Source: an uncultured Planctomycetia bacterium (lineage in GTDB: Bacteria; Omnitrophota; Gorgyraeia; Gorgyraeales; Gorgyraeaceae). Taken from it: 64,000 bases of DNA. A program made the translations under genes and the position numbers. The stretch is from NCBI GenBank assembly GCA_964415355.1, contig CAYPYS010000001.1:283819-347818 (forward strand), in the 5' to 3' direction. Under the pieces are notes generated by a model, which was given only the letters and a program-made list of their open reading frames with translations, made no database searches and had not been told where the DNA came from. Shown one piece after another: positions 27,001 to 39,000 of the stretch. Position 1 is the stretch's first letter. Every line of letters starts with the position of its first letter.

Positions 27001-30000
27001 CGGCCCCTCTTGCATCAGTAACATCCCAACCTCATCATCACCAGGGTTAGCTGCGCCCTCTAACCGCGCTAGAACAGTTTCGAGAGCCCTACGCATTTCT
27101 GTAGCAGTCTGGTATCTATTATCTGGCTTTGACTGAGTGGCTTTTTTTGCCATTTCTCTAAGCGCTGCTAGGTCTTCAGTTTGCCAATCTGCCTCTCCTG
27201 CAGCTAAAAGCTCCTCTAAAATCCTGCCCAGCGCATAGATATCAGACCTTTGCTCAGCGTAGCCTTCGAACTGCTCAGGAGCTGCATATCCTATAGTGCC
27301 TTCTTTACCATATTCTCCCTCGTATGGATGAGGGCACGCTAATCCAAAACCACCAACTAGTACCCGGCCTGTATTGTCTTCTATTTTAATATTCTCGGGC
27401 GTTATATCTCTGTGTATAAGCGCTCCTTCTGTAAAATTATGCATGTATTCCAAGGCCTCGCAGACTGTCATTACGTATCTTACTGCGTCTTGCAAAGTAT
27501 AAGAATCTATCGCTTTTTCCTGCCTGTTAATCAAATCTGCCAGATCTACGCCCTTAGGATATTCTACAAAAAAGAATGGCGCATTGTTTGCTTCCTTTCC
27601 TGAGCTAAGCGTAACAGTGCATGTGCTTTTCCCATGTACCCTTATGATATTGGGATGATGTCCGTCAGGATGCTTTTCATGCAAGGCCCTTAATATATTA
27701 TATTTTCTTTCGAAAAGTTCATCAAAGATTGCCCTTATGTCTTCAGGCGGGATTTCTCCAAGCACCTCTAGAGCTACTATTTCTTGCGTCTCAATATCGC
27801 TGCATAAATAGAGTATCACGCGATTACCTATTTTAAATTCGCGTTGCGCCACGTATCTCTTTCCATCATCAGTAATAATTTGGACCTTTCGTCTTTTTGC
27901 TGTTAAGTCACGAAGCCTTTTCTCTATGTCTATCACTGCTATTTCTGCTTTTGCGCCTTTATTATAAAATACCAATTGGCCTGGCTTATTGACAATGGCA
28001 GTCCATTCCATGCCTTCTTCATGCGCTTTAGCCTGACTTCTGATCACCTTTACTTCTTCTAACAAGAATATATCGTCGTATATATAAGTACCTGTGCAAG
28101 CCAGGTTAAGTTTTCTCGGTGAATCCGCATTCAGCTTGCGCATAGCCTCCCATGCGCTGGGAGTCGCTATCAAATACCTGTCGCCTAGCTGCGCAAAGAT
28201 ATGCATGACATCAAACTCGCCTTTTTCAGTCACTAAGGTAAAGCTTGATAACAAAAAGTCCAGGGAAATATATTCATGAAGGGCTAATTTATCCCTAAGT
28301 TTAGCAGGCATCTTTTTTGGTTCTCTTTCCTCGAGCTGTGCCAACACGCCTTCAAGTGCCCAGAGCATCTCTTCTGCGGTCCTGTATCTATTTTGAGGCT
28401 TAGAAGTAGTGGCTATTGCTATAACATTCACGATCTCATCAAGCGCATTACCAAGGCCTTCAGCTGCACCTTTACCAAAACGCTTGTCTATGACTTTTCC
28501 TGTCAGCGGGTATTCATCAGTAGTAAAAGTAAAAGGTGTCACATCTTGTGCATGTTCATTATCCAAAAGATCCTTTAGGGTTATGCCTAACGCATATGTA
28601 TCGCATCTAGGCCCCTCCCAGCCTTTGTATTGCTCAGGAGGCGCATATCCTTCAGTGCCAATTATTACCTTGTCATCAAAAGGATAGGTGCGCACTGTGC
28701 CAAAATCAGTGAGTACTGCACTTCTTGTGCCTTTCTTTATTATAATATTTACAGGCTTTACATCGCGGTATATAAGGTCGCGCCTGTGTAAATATGCTAT
28801 TACTCCTGTGATCTCTCCTATCCATCTCACAGCATCCAGCACAGTATAACAATGCTCGCCTTCTGTCTGTCTATTCTTAAGATCTTCCAACTCATCGCCT
28901 TCGATATATTCCATTACCAAAAATAATAGATCGCCACCGATACGCTTACCATCAACAAAAACATCGCCTCTGCCTTTTTCATAGACCTTGACAATATTAG
29001 GATGGTTACAGGTTTCTAACATTGAATATTCTGCTTTAAAAAATTCCTCTATGGACGGTTCTGTCAATAAGCACACCTTTAAAGCTACTTTCTTCTTTCT
29101 TTTCGGATCCCAGCATAAATATACCCTTGAATCATTGCCACTGCCTAGCTCTTTTATGACCTTATACTCCGGACCGTCGCGGATTGCATTGGCATGAGCT
29201 ATGATCCTTCCTATAGGCCTGGCTATTGGCGTTAACATAAAACCCTTGGCGCCTCCAAGTCTCGCAACGCTAAAGCCGTAGTCCATCCACGCTTCTACAG
29301 TGTTAGGTATAGGTTTTTTCCATACCTCTGCAATATTAGGCATGGAAAAAGGCAGCACGTCTACAAATAACTTGCCTTCATCGCCTAATATTTGCCTGAG
29401 CTCTCCTAAGTGACGCTTTGTTTTTGCTTCATCCTCGTATAAGATCTTCATGGATTCAGTGCTGAAGATCAGATCTACTGAATCTGGATCTAAATAATAT
29501 AAAGATAGGCTTGCTGCGCGATCAAAGATAATAGTAATCCCTTCAGGAAGCTCTAACCATTTTCTAAATGCTGTTTCAGAAAGCCCTATAAGTTTTATCT
29601 CTTTTCCTATGCCATTTTCTATGCCGAGCTTTTGCAGTTCTCTATGTAATGCTTCTCTAATATTTAAAAGCGCTGTTCCATCTCCGCACCCCCAATCCAT
29701 GACAGTAATCGGACGGCCGAGCTCTTTATATAACTCAATGATCTCTTTAACCAGGTTGCAATTAAGCCTTTTATTGACAACAGCCAAAGAAGCATTGAAA
29801 TCAACGTATTCCGAATTCCTTACCAGTTCCAACTCTTTGTCCTCGCTAGCACGCACGCTATAACTCTGAGAACCTTCTTCATCTGCGCCAGTAATATCCG
29901 AATTTAATTCTTCTATCTGATCTTCTCCTAATCGGCTCTCTACCTCAGCTCCTCCTGGAAAGCCTATAGTGGCAACGGCCCCTAGTGTACTCTGCAGTTT

Positions 30001-33000
30001 AATTTTAGGTCTTTTTGTAATGCCGAATCTACGAAAGATCTTAGTTACATAAGCTGCTGAACCAGTTGCCGTTAATTGCGCATAATCAAAGCTGTCAGCT
30101 TTCCAAACCGTATCTGCATAATGCAGTGCATAAGCCATCAGAATAGTGCCAATTCCCTGATTCCTAGACCCAGAAGCAACAGCCAAACTCGCAAGAAGAA
30201 CAGTTGTATCTTCCTTAGATATATAGACGAAAGCTATTACATCTCCGTTATCATCCTTATAAACCCAATAAGGTGTAGCAGAAGGGTTTATAATTATTTT
30301 AGGGCAGGTTGAAGCAGCCAGATAAATCAGGAGATTGAGTTCATTAATCACATCAACATCTTCATTGGTCGCTGGCTCAATACGCTCCCACATTGCCTTT
30401 GAGAAAACATGTCTTCTCCCAAAAATCGTCACCTCAATTGTCTCATCCTCTTGTACTCCTCCTCCAAATCCAGCAGCTGGAACTATTTCTATTTGGTTTC
30501 GAAGCTTCTCACAAAGTCCTAAGACTTTGTGATCTGCATGAGCATCACTAAAAGTAATAGCAGCCATCAGACTATTCCATGAAGGAAAATTCCATGCTTT
30601 CACTAAATCCTCTTGAGTCTCACCAAAACGCTTCAGCAAGACAAATGTACCTGCCCATTCAAAAACCATCTCGATCTGAGACGTAGACCTTGTATAGTAT
30701 ATTCTGGCTGTTCTTATACCAATCAGAAAACGTCTAAACCTAGTAGGATCTTTATTTAATTCTTCACGCGTTACTTCTAATAATGGAAGCAATTTTCCTC
30801 CTTTCGCCTGATCAGGAGTAGGCACTTCTTCTGAAATAGCACGATAGAGTGCCCAAAAAGCCTTTTCTCTGGGAGTCTTCTTGTTGCCTACGTGGTTCTC
30901 TAAAGCCTTTAATAGACCCCCGTGCGGACGTTTCTCTGAGGCATAACCCAAAGTATTGGCTAATTTCTTTCTATCGCTAAATCCTCTTACAAAAGCTAGG
31001 GCCCATTTTTCAAAACCAGGCCAATCAATAACTTCTTGGCTTATGAAGTATATCCCCAGCCATGTCTCAAAAAGTTCAGGTTTTTCCATTACACCTTTCA
31101 ATGTCACATCTGCTTCACCAGAAAATTCTTGTGCACGCTCATAAGTCTGTACTTTTATTAAAGCTTCGTGAAGCGTCTCTCTGGCTGAGATGATTTTTTG
31201 ATCATGAGTTCCCTTAGCTTCAAAACGACTAATAAGCGACCTGAGGCTACGAAATCCCCATATCTTTATTGTCAGATATTCTAGCTTTATATTTGTCCCC
31301 TTTATTTTTTCTATTTCTAACGTAGCCCACTTTAATACCTCTATTGGCTCTAGGCGTAGTCGTCTCGGCCAGAGCTCATAAAGTTCTTTGGCTCTTTTTA
31401 GTTCTCCTCTTACTGATATATACCATTCAGTCCATTCAAAAAATGACCTCTTGCCTCGTTTAAGATCTACAACTGTTGGCGCTTTACCTTCAGCTATTAT
31501 CTTAAACAGAATCTTTAATACCTCATATGCGTGCTCATCGTCATTATTTTTTGCATACTCATTGCAGGATTCAGTCAGACGACGGCTAATGATATTCATA
31601 GGAGGGGTTTCACCTTGTTCAAAAATACCCAGCTTGACTACAATACGCGCCGTACCAAGATCTTGCTCTGCCATCTCTATAACCTGAGCGACTACTGCAT
31701 TAAGACTTTCTTTGGGTAAATAATATAATTTCTTTTCTTGAGGGTAGTCAGGCGCCGCATCAGCTGAATCTTTGGGCATCTCTATAGGTGGCTCAGGTGT
31801 TTCGCTAGGCGTATGAGGAGGCTCACCGTTTTCACAAACCTTGTTAACTATTCTGTGTAACTCATAAAAACGCTTTACAACGTCAGGATGGCTAGGTTTA
31901 ATTTGCAATCTATTAATCAATCCAGCAGTTGTCCTGAAACTCCTATGCCCCCATCTGTCTAGTCTTATCTCAGGCCTTTGCGCTTCTTCTATAAAATAAT
32001 CCAGCACCTCTAAAGGCCTGTCACGAAGACAGACAAGCCAGATATTATAAATACGCTGACGATAAGAATCTGGAACATTTTCAAGAATAGATGCCGTATT
32101 GCTAAGCCAATCATTAACCCACGATCTAAACGTAATATCCATTTGCTTTCCCTCTTCAAGCTCGGAACGCGATAAGCCCAGACCTGGCCCTATAATAATT
32201 CTAACTACTGCTCTTAACGCAATATAACACTCCCCAACATCAGGATCTTTAATTTGAAAATGTCTTTGAGATCCCGTTATTTTGTTTATAATGCCTCTTT
32301 TCTTATCTGTACATTCTAATTCTCCAGGCTGAATAATACCTGCTGCTATAGCAATCTCCTCTATCCCCTTGTTCTCCTCAGCCATTGCAACAATCTTTTT
32401 GATAACCTTATCAAAATCATCATCTGTTAATTTATAAGGTTTAGACTTAATGTGACCAGCGGGATCTGGAGCTCCAGCTCGTATAGATCTTCCAAACTCT
32501 ATATTAGCCAGTTTTATATCTTTAATACCTGCCTCGTCAAATGCTTCTTGATCTATCAGCTCAGCCCAGCCTCTAGCAATAATTCCAATAGCGCTTCTGT
32601 ATTCTCTCCTTTTCACCCAAGAGTCTACCGCTAAAAGCCATAAGGTAAAGGCATTAAGAAGCTGCTCCCTAGAAAATTGCTGCATCCCGACTCTCCGATA
32701 AATCTCCAAAGTCTCTTCATACCCACCAGGCCTCTCTTCTAGGCTAAATTCAAAATCTGAATCCCATCTCGTAGTTATTCTGGCTATCTCCATATCCATT
32801 TTTGCAGTATAGTAAAGATCATTTTTCATCACAGGAAATATTATCACATTGCCTGTATCAGTACATCTCAGTAAATATATCTTTTTTCCTTCAGATAATA
32901 CAAAGAGGGCTTCTAGGAAATTTTCTGCTTCCTTGCCTTTACTTATCCCAAAATGATCTATAGCCTCTTGAACTGTAAACCATGCCCGTCCAAAGTGCTC

Positions 33001-36000
33001 CCCTATCTTCTCAAAACTTTTCTGATATATCTCGGGAGAAACTTTCTCCTTGTCAGGCTTTGGTGTCTTCACCATCATCACAAACGCGCCGACGGCAAGA
33101 AGTTCTTCTATTATGTCTATTAAAAACATGATCCCTTGTTCTATAAGAGGAAATATATAACGTTCCAGGAAGACATGGTGGAGAATAAAAGTTAATACTG
33201 TAATTGCTAAAGCTAGCCCAGCTCCTTGAGCTCTGAGCCTGCCTGCTTCTGCAATGTCTCCCTGTTCCTTTTTATCTTTAAACTCATCTCCTACAGACAG
33301 AAATTTACTAGTTACCCCAATTAAAACTGCTGTGACTAACAAGATAAATAACACATCCCAGACAATATCAGGAGAAGGCCCTGCCTGGATAAACTGTGGC
33401 AAACTTAACATTTCAACAATGTTGACATTGTCAAAGAAAAGGTTTACTTGGTTGGCAAAATAAAAAAGTGGCAGAGGTATGATACAGCGCATCCTTGATC
33501 TGTCGAATAAAGATGATACAACAAGCGCCAACAAAAGAAGTACGCTTATTAACAATAAAACTTCTTTGGGTAAATTTAGAAAACGATCCGTCGCTAGCTT
33601 GCTTCCGGTTATAATCCTGTCGACGCCCTCTGGTGTTACCGTAGGAATAATTGGTGACGGTGTTACAACCGGCCCTCCAAAAATCCCTTCACCCAGGCCG
33701 CTTATAATAGAAAGAGGCGCGGAGATACATGACATTAATAATTCATCGACAGCTTGCCTGATTCTGGAATCTTGTTTTTTCCTGCGCCTAACATTAGTAA
33801 TACCTACTTCGAGCGCTTTAGCCACATCTGTCGTACTAATCCTCTTTCGCCCATTATTTCTTAGTTTCGATGCTATAACTTCTACATTCCTATGTCCAAA
33901 ATGTCCGTCTGCATTCCTTCCTTGTCCTTTTTTAAATCCTTCTTTGTCTAAAAATTCTGACAAGCGACCCTCTGATAGTCGTATAGCTCTCATAACATCA
34001 TTTGTGCCAACGCCTAATCTGTTAGCTAAATTCCTGCTGGTCTTTCTATGAATTTTCCAATAGGCTCCTGTTGCTGCTTCGCGCACTTCACTCTCACTAA
34101 GATCAACAGCTGCTTTACGCGAACAACTTACAACCATCATAGGGATAACAATGTTAAAGTGTATACTTAAAGATTGCTTCGCACCTATGGCACTCGCAAT
34201 GACAGAATACAATGCAATAAGGGCGATTATAGCTAACAATAGGAGGATAAGCTTTGCTCTGGAGAAAGCTAAGCTTGGTTTCTTTTCTTCCCCTTTATTT
34301 CCATTTAATAAACCATCAAGCAATTCTCGGATTCTGTGATCTTTTTTCGTCTTTACCCATAAAGTCGAACTATTAACTCCGAGTACAGAAGCTACATCTT
34401 TCTGTGTAATATTTGATTTCCGTGTAGCACCTGAGCTTCTCGTTCCTCTTAAATATTTTATAGCAGCCGCGACATTTCTATGTCCATAATGTTTTTTATT
34501 CCCAACTGCCGAACCTGTTACAAAATTCTTTTCTCCTAAAAATTCTACTAAGCCGGGCTTGGACCTCATAATAGCACTCTGAACATCATCTTTGCCAACG
34601 CCTAATCGATTGGCTAAGTTCCTAATATTCTTTTTTCTAAACAACCAATATATACCTCCTGCTGCCTTACGCACTTCACTCTCACTAAGATCAACAGCGA
34701 AGTTTGTACGGTTAGACCCTGCCACAAAGTCCTTGTCTGTTGTATCTACCTTTAATATAAGTTTTCTGCCATCACCTGAAACTCTTGTTGCGTGGTAAGA
34801 AACCGGCTTTTTACCATCAGGAATAAATACAAATATCTCCTTAGCAGCCGTTTCAAGCCTAACATCTGACGCCAAGATAGCCTGTGCCTTCTGTAAATTT
34901 ATTGCGCCTTCAGATATATCATCCAAAACAAGTCCATTCTCTATCAATAGAGTTATTACATCGATCCTTGCCTCATCCATGATCTCAACAAGCACGCTAA
35001 CAAGGCAATTCTCTAGCAGTAAATTGTTAATATGGTACCCAAATGCCTGGTTTGCCTTCAGGTATTCTTCTCTGTCCTTACCTTTATAGTCGACTTCTCT
35101 TCCACCGAGCTTTTCTATAAGCTCCATGAACTCTACTCTTTCTTCAAAGACATATAGGATGCGTTTATTTTTACCCTGGATTATATGCTCTACGGCTGCT
35201 TTTCCTAAGAGACTGCACATGGCCATGTCAACTTCAGAAGTATCAGCTGACCTATAGAGATAATCTATCTTTCCAGCCTCTCTGACTTTTATACCTGCAG
35301 ACTCGCATAGATGGCTTATGATGGCTGTAGTGATACGTCCTGCATCCTTTAGTTTTGGATGTCCAAAGCCGTCGACTTTTCCTTCAGCCTGCTGAAAAGC
35401 CATTCCTGCAACTTCGTCTTTACTAAAGGCGTTTCTCAATACTTCTTCATTATTGGCAAAGCCCTTGTCTATCTTTACGCCTTCCGAAACGATCACTATT
35501 GCGTAGCCGTAATCCTTATAGTAAGCCAAGAGGTCTTTTCCTAGCATTTCAAGGTCAAGGTCTTCTTTTTCAGGTATAAGGGCAAAGGCTACATTGGCTC
35601 TTGCGCCTATAGCCATGGGTGCAAAACCAGCGTTTCTCCCAAATACCTCTATTACCAGGATATAGCCAGTAGAGGAGGCATCTATTATTGCGTTCTCTAC
35701 GCCTAGCGTGCCTGCTTTGACAAAGCTGTCATAGCCATAGGTAGAAGCCCCATGAGGAAGGGCAATGTCATTATCCATGGTCTTGGGAAGGCCTATGATT
35801 AAAAATTCAGGAAGTATCTCTTGTAACCTGTAGGATGCTCCATTAGTGTCGTCTCCTCCGCAGGTTATAAGGCCGTCTAGCTTTAAGACCTCAGTAATAT
35901 TTTTTCCGATAAGTTCGGGTATACCGCCTTCGATGTTCTTCTCGCTAAATGGATTAAACCTGGATGTGCCAATGATAGTAGCTCCTTTTGTGCGGTGCAG

Positions 36001-39000
36001 TTCTGCTTCTTCCAGCGTAATAGGAGCTGCTTTTCCTAAAAGTTCCTCATCTGCCAGGCCTTTCCAGCCGTTCCTTATTCCGATTATTTCTATGTTGCCT
36101 TCATCATGTGCTCTTTTTACAGCTGAATATATGACCTCATTGTGGCCTGAGGCAGGTCCGCCTCCTGTGAGGATACCGATCCTTTTTGTTGGTGAGACTG
36201 TGCCGGCAAATAGAGCCACCCCTATTCCGTAAGTATACATTTCAACATTGTTAGATTGTGAAGTTAAGAGTTCTAAGGGAATAGATATGAATGCATCATT
36301 GAATGTGGATAAAAGAGCAGTGACAAGAATTGCTATGCAGAGCAGAATAAGGACTGTCCAACGTGGCGAACCTCGCGGAGATTTATTGTTTCTCCAACCC
36401 TTTGATCCAAAAAGACCGAGGAACATAAATGCGTATGCGAGAGATTGCTTCACACCTGCGGTATTCGCAATGACGTCGTGTTTATACATCGCGATCAGGG
36501 ACACGCTATCGAACAAATTAGCAAACGGTACAAGAAACTCAAGAAGCTCTGGATATATATCTATCGCGATCGGTAATGCATAAGAAGTGGCTCCCCACAT
36601 GGTCCACGCAGACTGAACTGACATTGCGATGAGGCCAAAGATCGACGTTTGTCCAGCAAAGCCTTGGCGTAAAATAATGCTGCAAATTAATAATCCATAC
36701 AAGATCGCAAATATAATAATAAAACTAATCGGATTAGCAATTAATCTAAGGGATATCCTATTGAAAATCGTGTCGATAATAGGCTGTTTCTTATCGGCAG
36801 ATCTATTTTCTAAGCTGTCTTTAACTTTTCTTAGTATCTCAATTGAATCGCACATAGACTCTGTAAGAATTATACACCGAGGTGGCGCATCCATATCAAA
36901 GATATATCTCGTCACGGTCTCCAATCTTCTAAGATCTTCTATATCTAGCTCCTTCCCTAAAGCCCTGAACTCTACACCTTTTAAAGCGGTGTCTCCTAAC
37001 ATAGTTCTTATATTAACTAGAGTATCCTCTGCGCACTCTGCCTCTCCTGCAAGAAGAACAACGGGAATATTGCCTCTGTCTTTGCCTAGTTTTAGCAAGG
37101 CTTCACTAAAACGAGAAGGATATTCAATAACGTCTTTATCTGTGAATAGAACTGGAGTTTCTTTCAAAGTAGAAAGATTCACTGAGTAACTTCTAAATAA
37201 CATTAAAAAATCTTTGGTAAGTGCCATAGGATCTTCTATCATCTCTCTGCAAGCTGGGTATAGCATTAATAAATCTTCAGTAAAATCTCCTGGCCTAGCA
37301 GCTATCCACTTATCTAATTTATCCAATGTTACCCACTTCACAGCATGCACTTCTTCGTTTGGATAGATCTTCCCGTCAAATCTAGCAAAGGCAATATGCA
37401 TTGGCACATATTCACTCTTAAAACCAGAACCGTCTTTCTTTAAACGTTGCGAGATAAAACTCATTGGTGTACCAAAAATTCTAAAATCTACATCGCTATC
37501 CCTAACCTTTCTCTCATTTCGTAATTCTTCTATAAATTCCCTGGGTACTGTTACTTCAAGAGATTCTCCGCTTATAGAATGACCTGCAAAAGATATATCC
37601 CAAAGACTAGGATTATCCTTAGTTGAAGCGCGTTGCTGAAGAAGTACCTGTCCTTTTGAATTTGATACAAAACATTTCATATGCTTGTTTAATAGACCCA
37701 ACTCATGGATTATTTTTCTGGGAAGACTACCCATGTATATTATTCTCCCATTACCATCCTTTTCAAAATAATCTAGGATCTCGATTCTTTGTCTTAACTC
37801 TAATAGCATCTGAGTAAAGTCAGATTCTTCTTTATGTCTACTTACTATATCTAAAATTATTTCAAGTTCTCCTACTATCTTTCCATTTTCCTGATAATAA
37901 ACAATTAATGCATCTAATATTTTTATAACTATATTAAAATTAATATCATATAGTTCTCTATTATATAAAACATCGATTAGGCGAGCATAGGCTTCCAAAA
38001 ATCTCTCCTGCTTGCCATGCATAAGACCCGTTAGAAGATTCATTGTAGCAGAAGATGCTGAATCAAAATGCTTGGGTATCCCAGTAAGCATAGAACGAGC
38101 TTCTTTTTTTATTAAAGCTGTGACATTAAGATCTCTTTCTGCAGTGCTCCTATCATGGCGCACCACCCAATCAAACAACTCCAAATTCTCTTCTAAGACT
38201 TCAGATCTATCATTAACTATAGTTATCACATCACTTAAATCAGATATACTTGTCAAGTAGTCTACTATAAAATCAGCTCCTTTTAGTAGTCGCTTAGCAA
38301 TCTTTGTTCTGTTGCTCAATCTCTCTCCAAGGGTTTCTTCGAGAGCACCTACAATAGAAGCCTTATCTAAATCTTGAACTCCTTCTGGTGATACAGGCAT
38401 AATAAAAGCTACTCTTGCATGAGGAAAACTCTTCTTTAAAATTTTAACATGTTCTATAGAAGCCATATGAAATAGCAAGATCTTGCCTTCTCTAGTAAGC
38501 TTATCGAGCTCTTTCTTCTCAGATGCATAGTCGTCTCCGTAGATTTCCCATTGTACATCAAACTCCCCTCGATCTTTTTTCGCCTCAAACTCTGCTCTAG
38601 TTACACATTTTTTATCGTCTCCTGGGCCACGATAAGGTCGCGTTGTCCAGCGCGTAGGACATACCACTTCATCTGGATATTGTCCCTCTAAAAAATTCAT
38701 AAGAGTACTTTTGCCTGCGCCAGAAGAACCTGCCACAGCAATAACAGTCTGCCTTGTCACTTCTTGACCTATATCATTATATTTTTTGTAGATTTGATGT
38801 AATAAGAAAAGACCTATGCCTATTATAGCTAACATAATCTCGTAACTTAACACTTTAATGTTGTTGAAATGTAAAATTAGGGTGAGGACAGCGCCTATCC
38901 ATGCAAAGATAAAACCTACAAAGATCAGAGAGCCCTCTTTGTCGCTTCCTATCTGTATTTTTAGTATCTCTTTTTCTGATAACTCAGGATTCTTCTGATG

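Noticed and set aside
33600-34750. HTH tandem repeats as an insertion sequence or transposase gene
   Set aside because: No DDE/DEDD catalytic domain, no terminal inverted repeats, no separate ORF; the units are in-frame within the giant ORF. I treat them as a domain module and possible exaptation, not an active mobile element.
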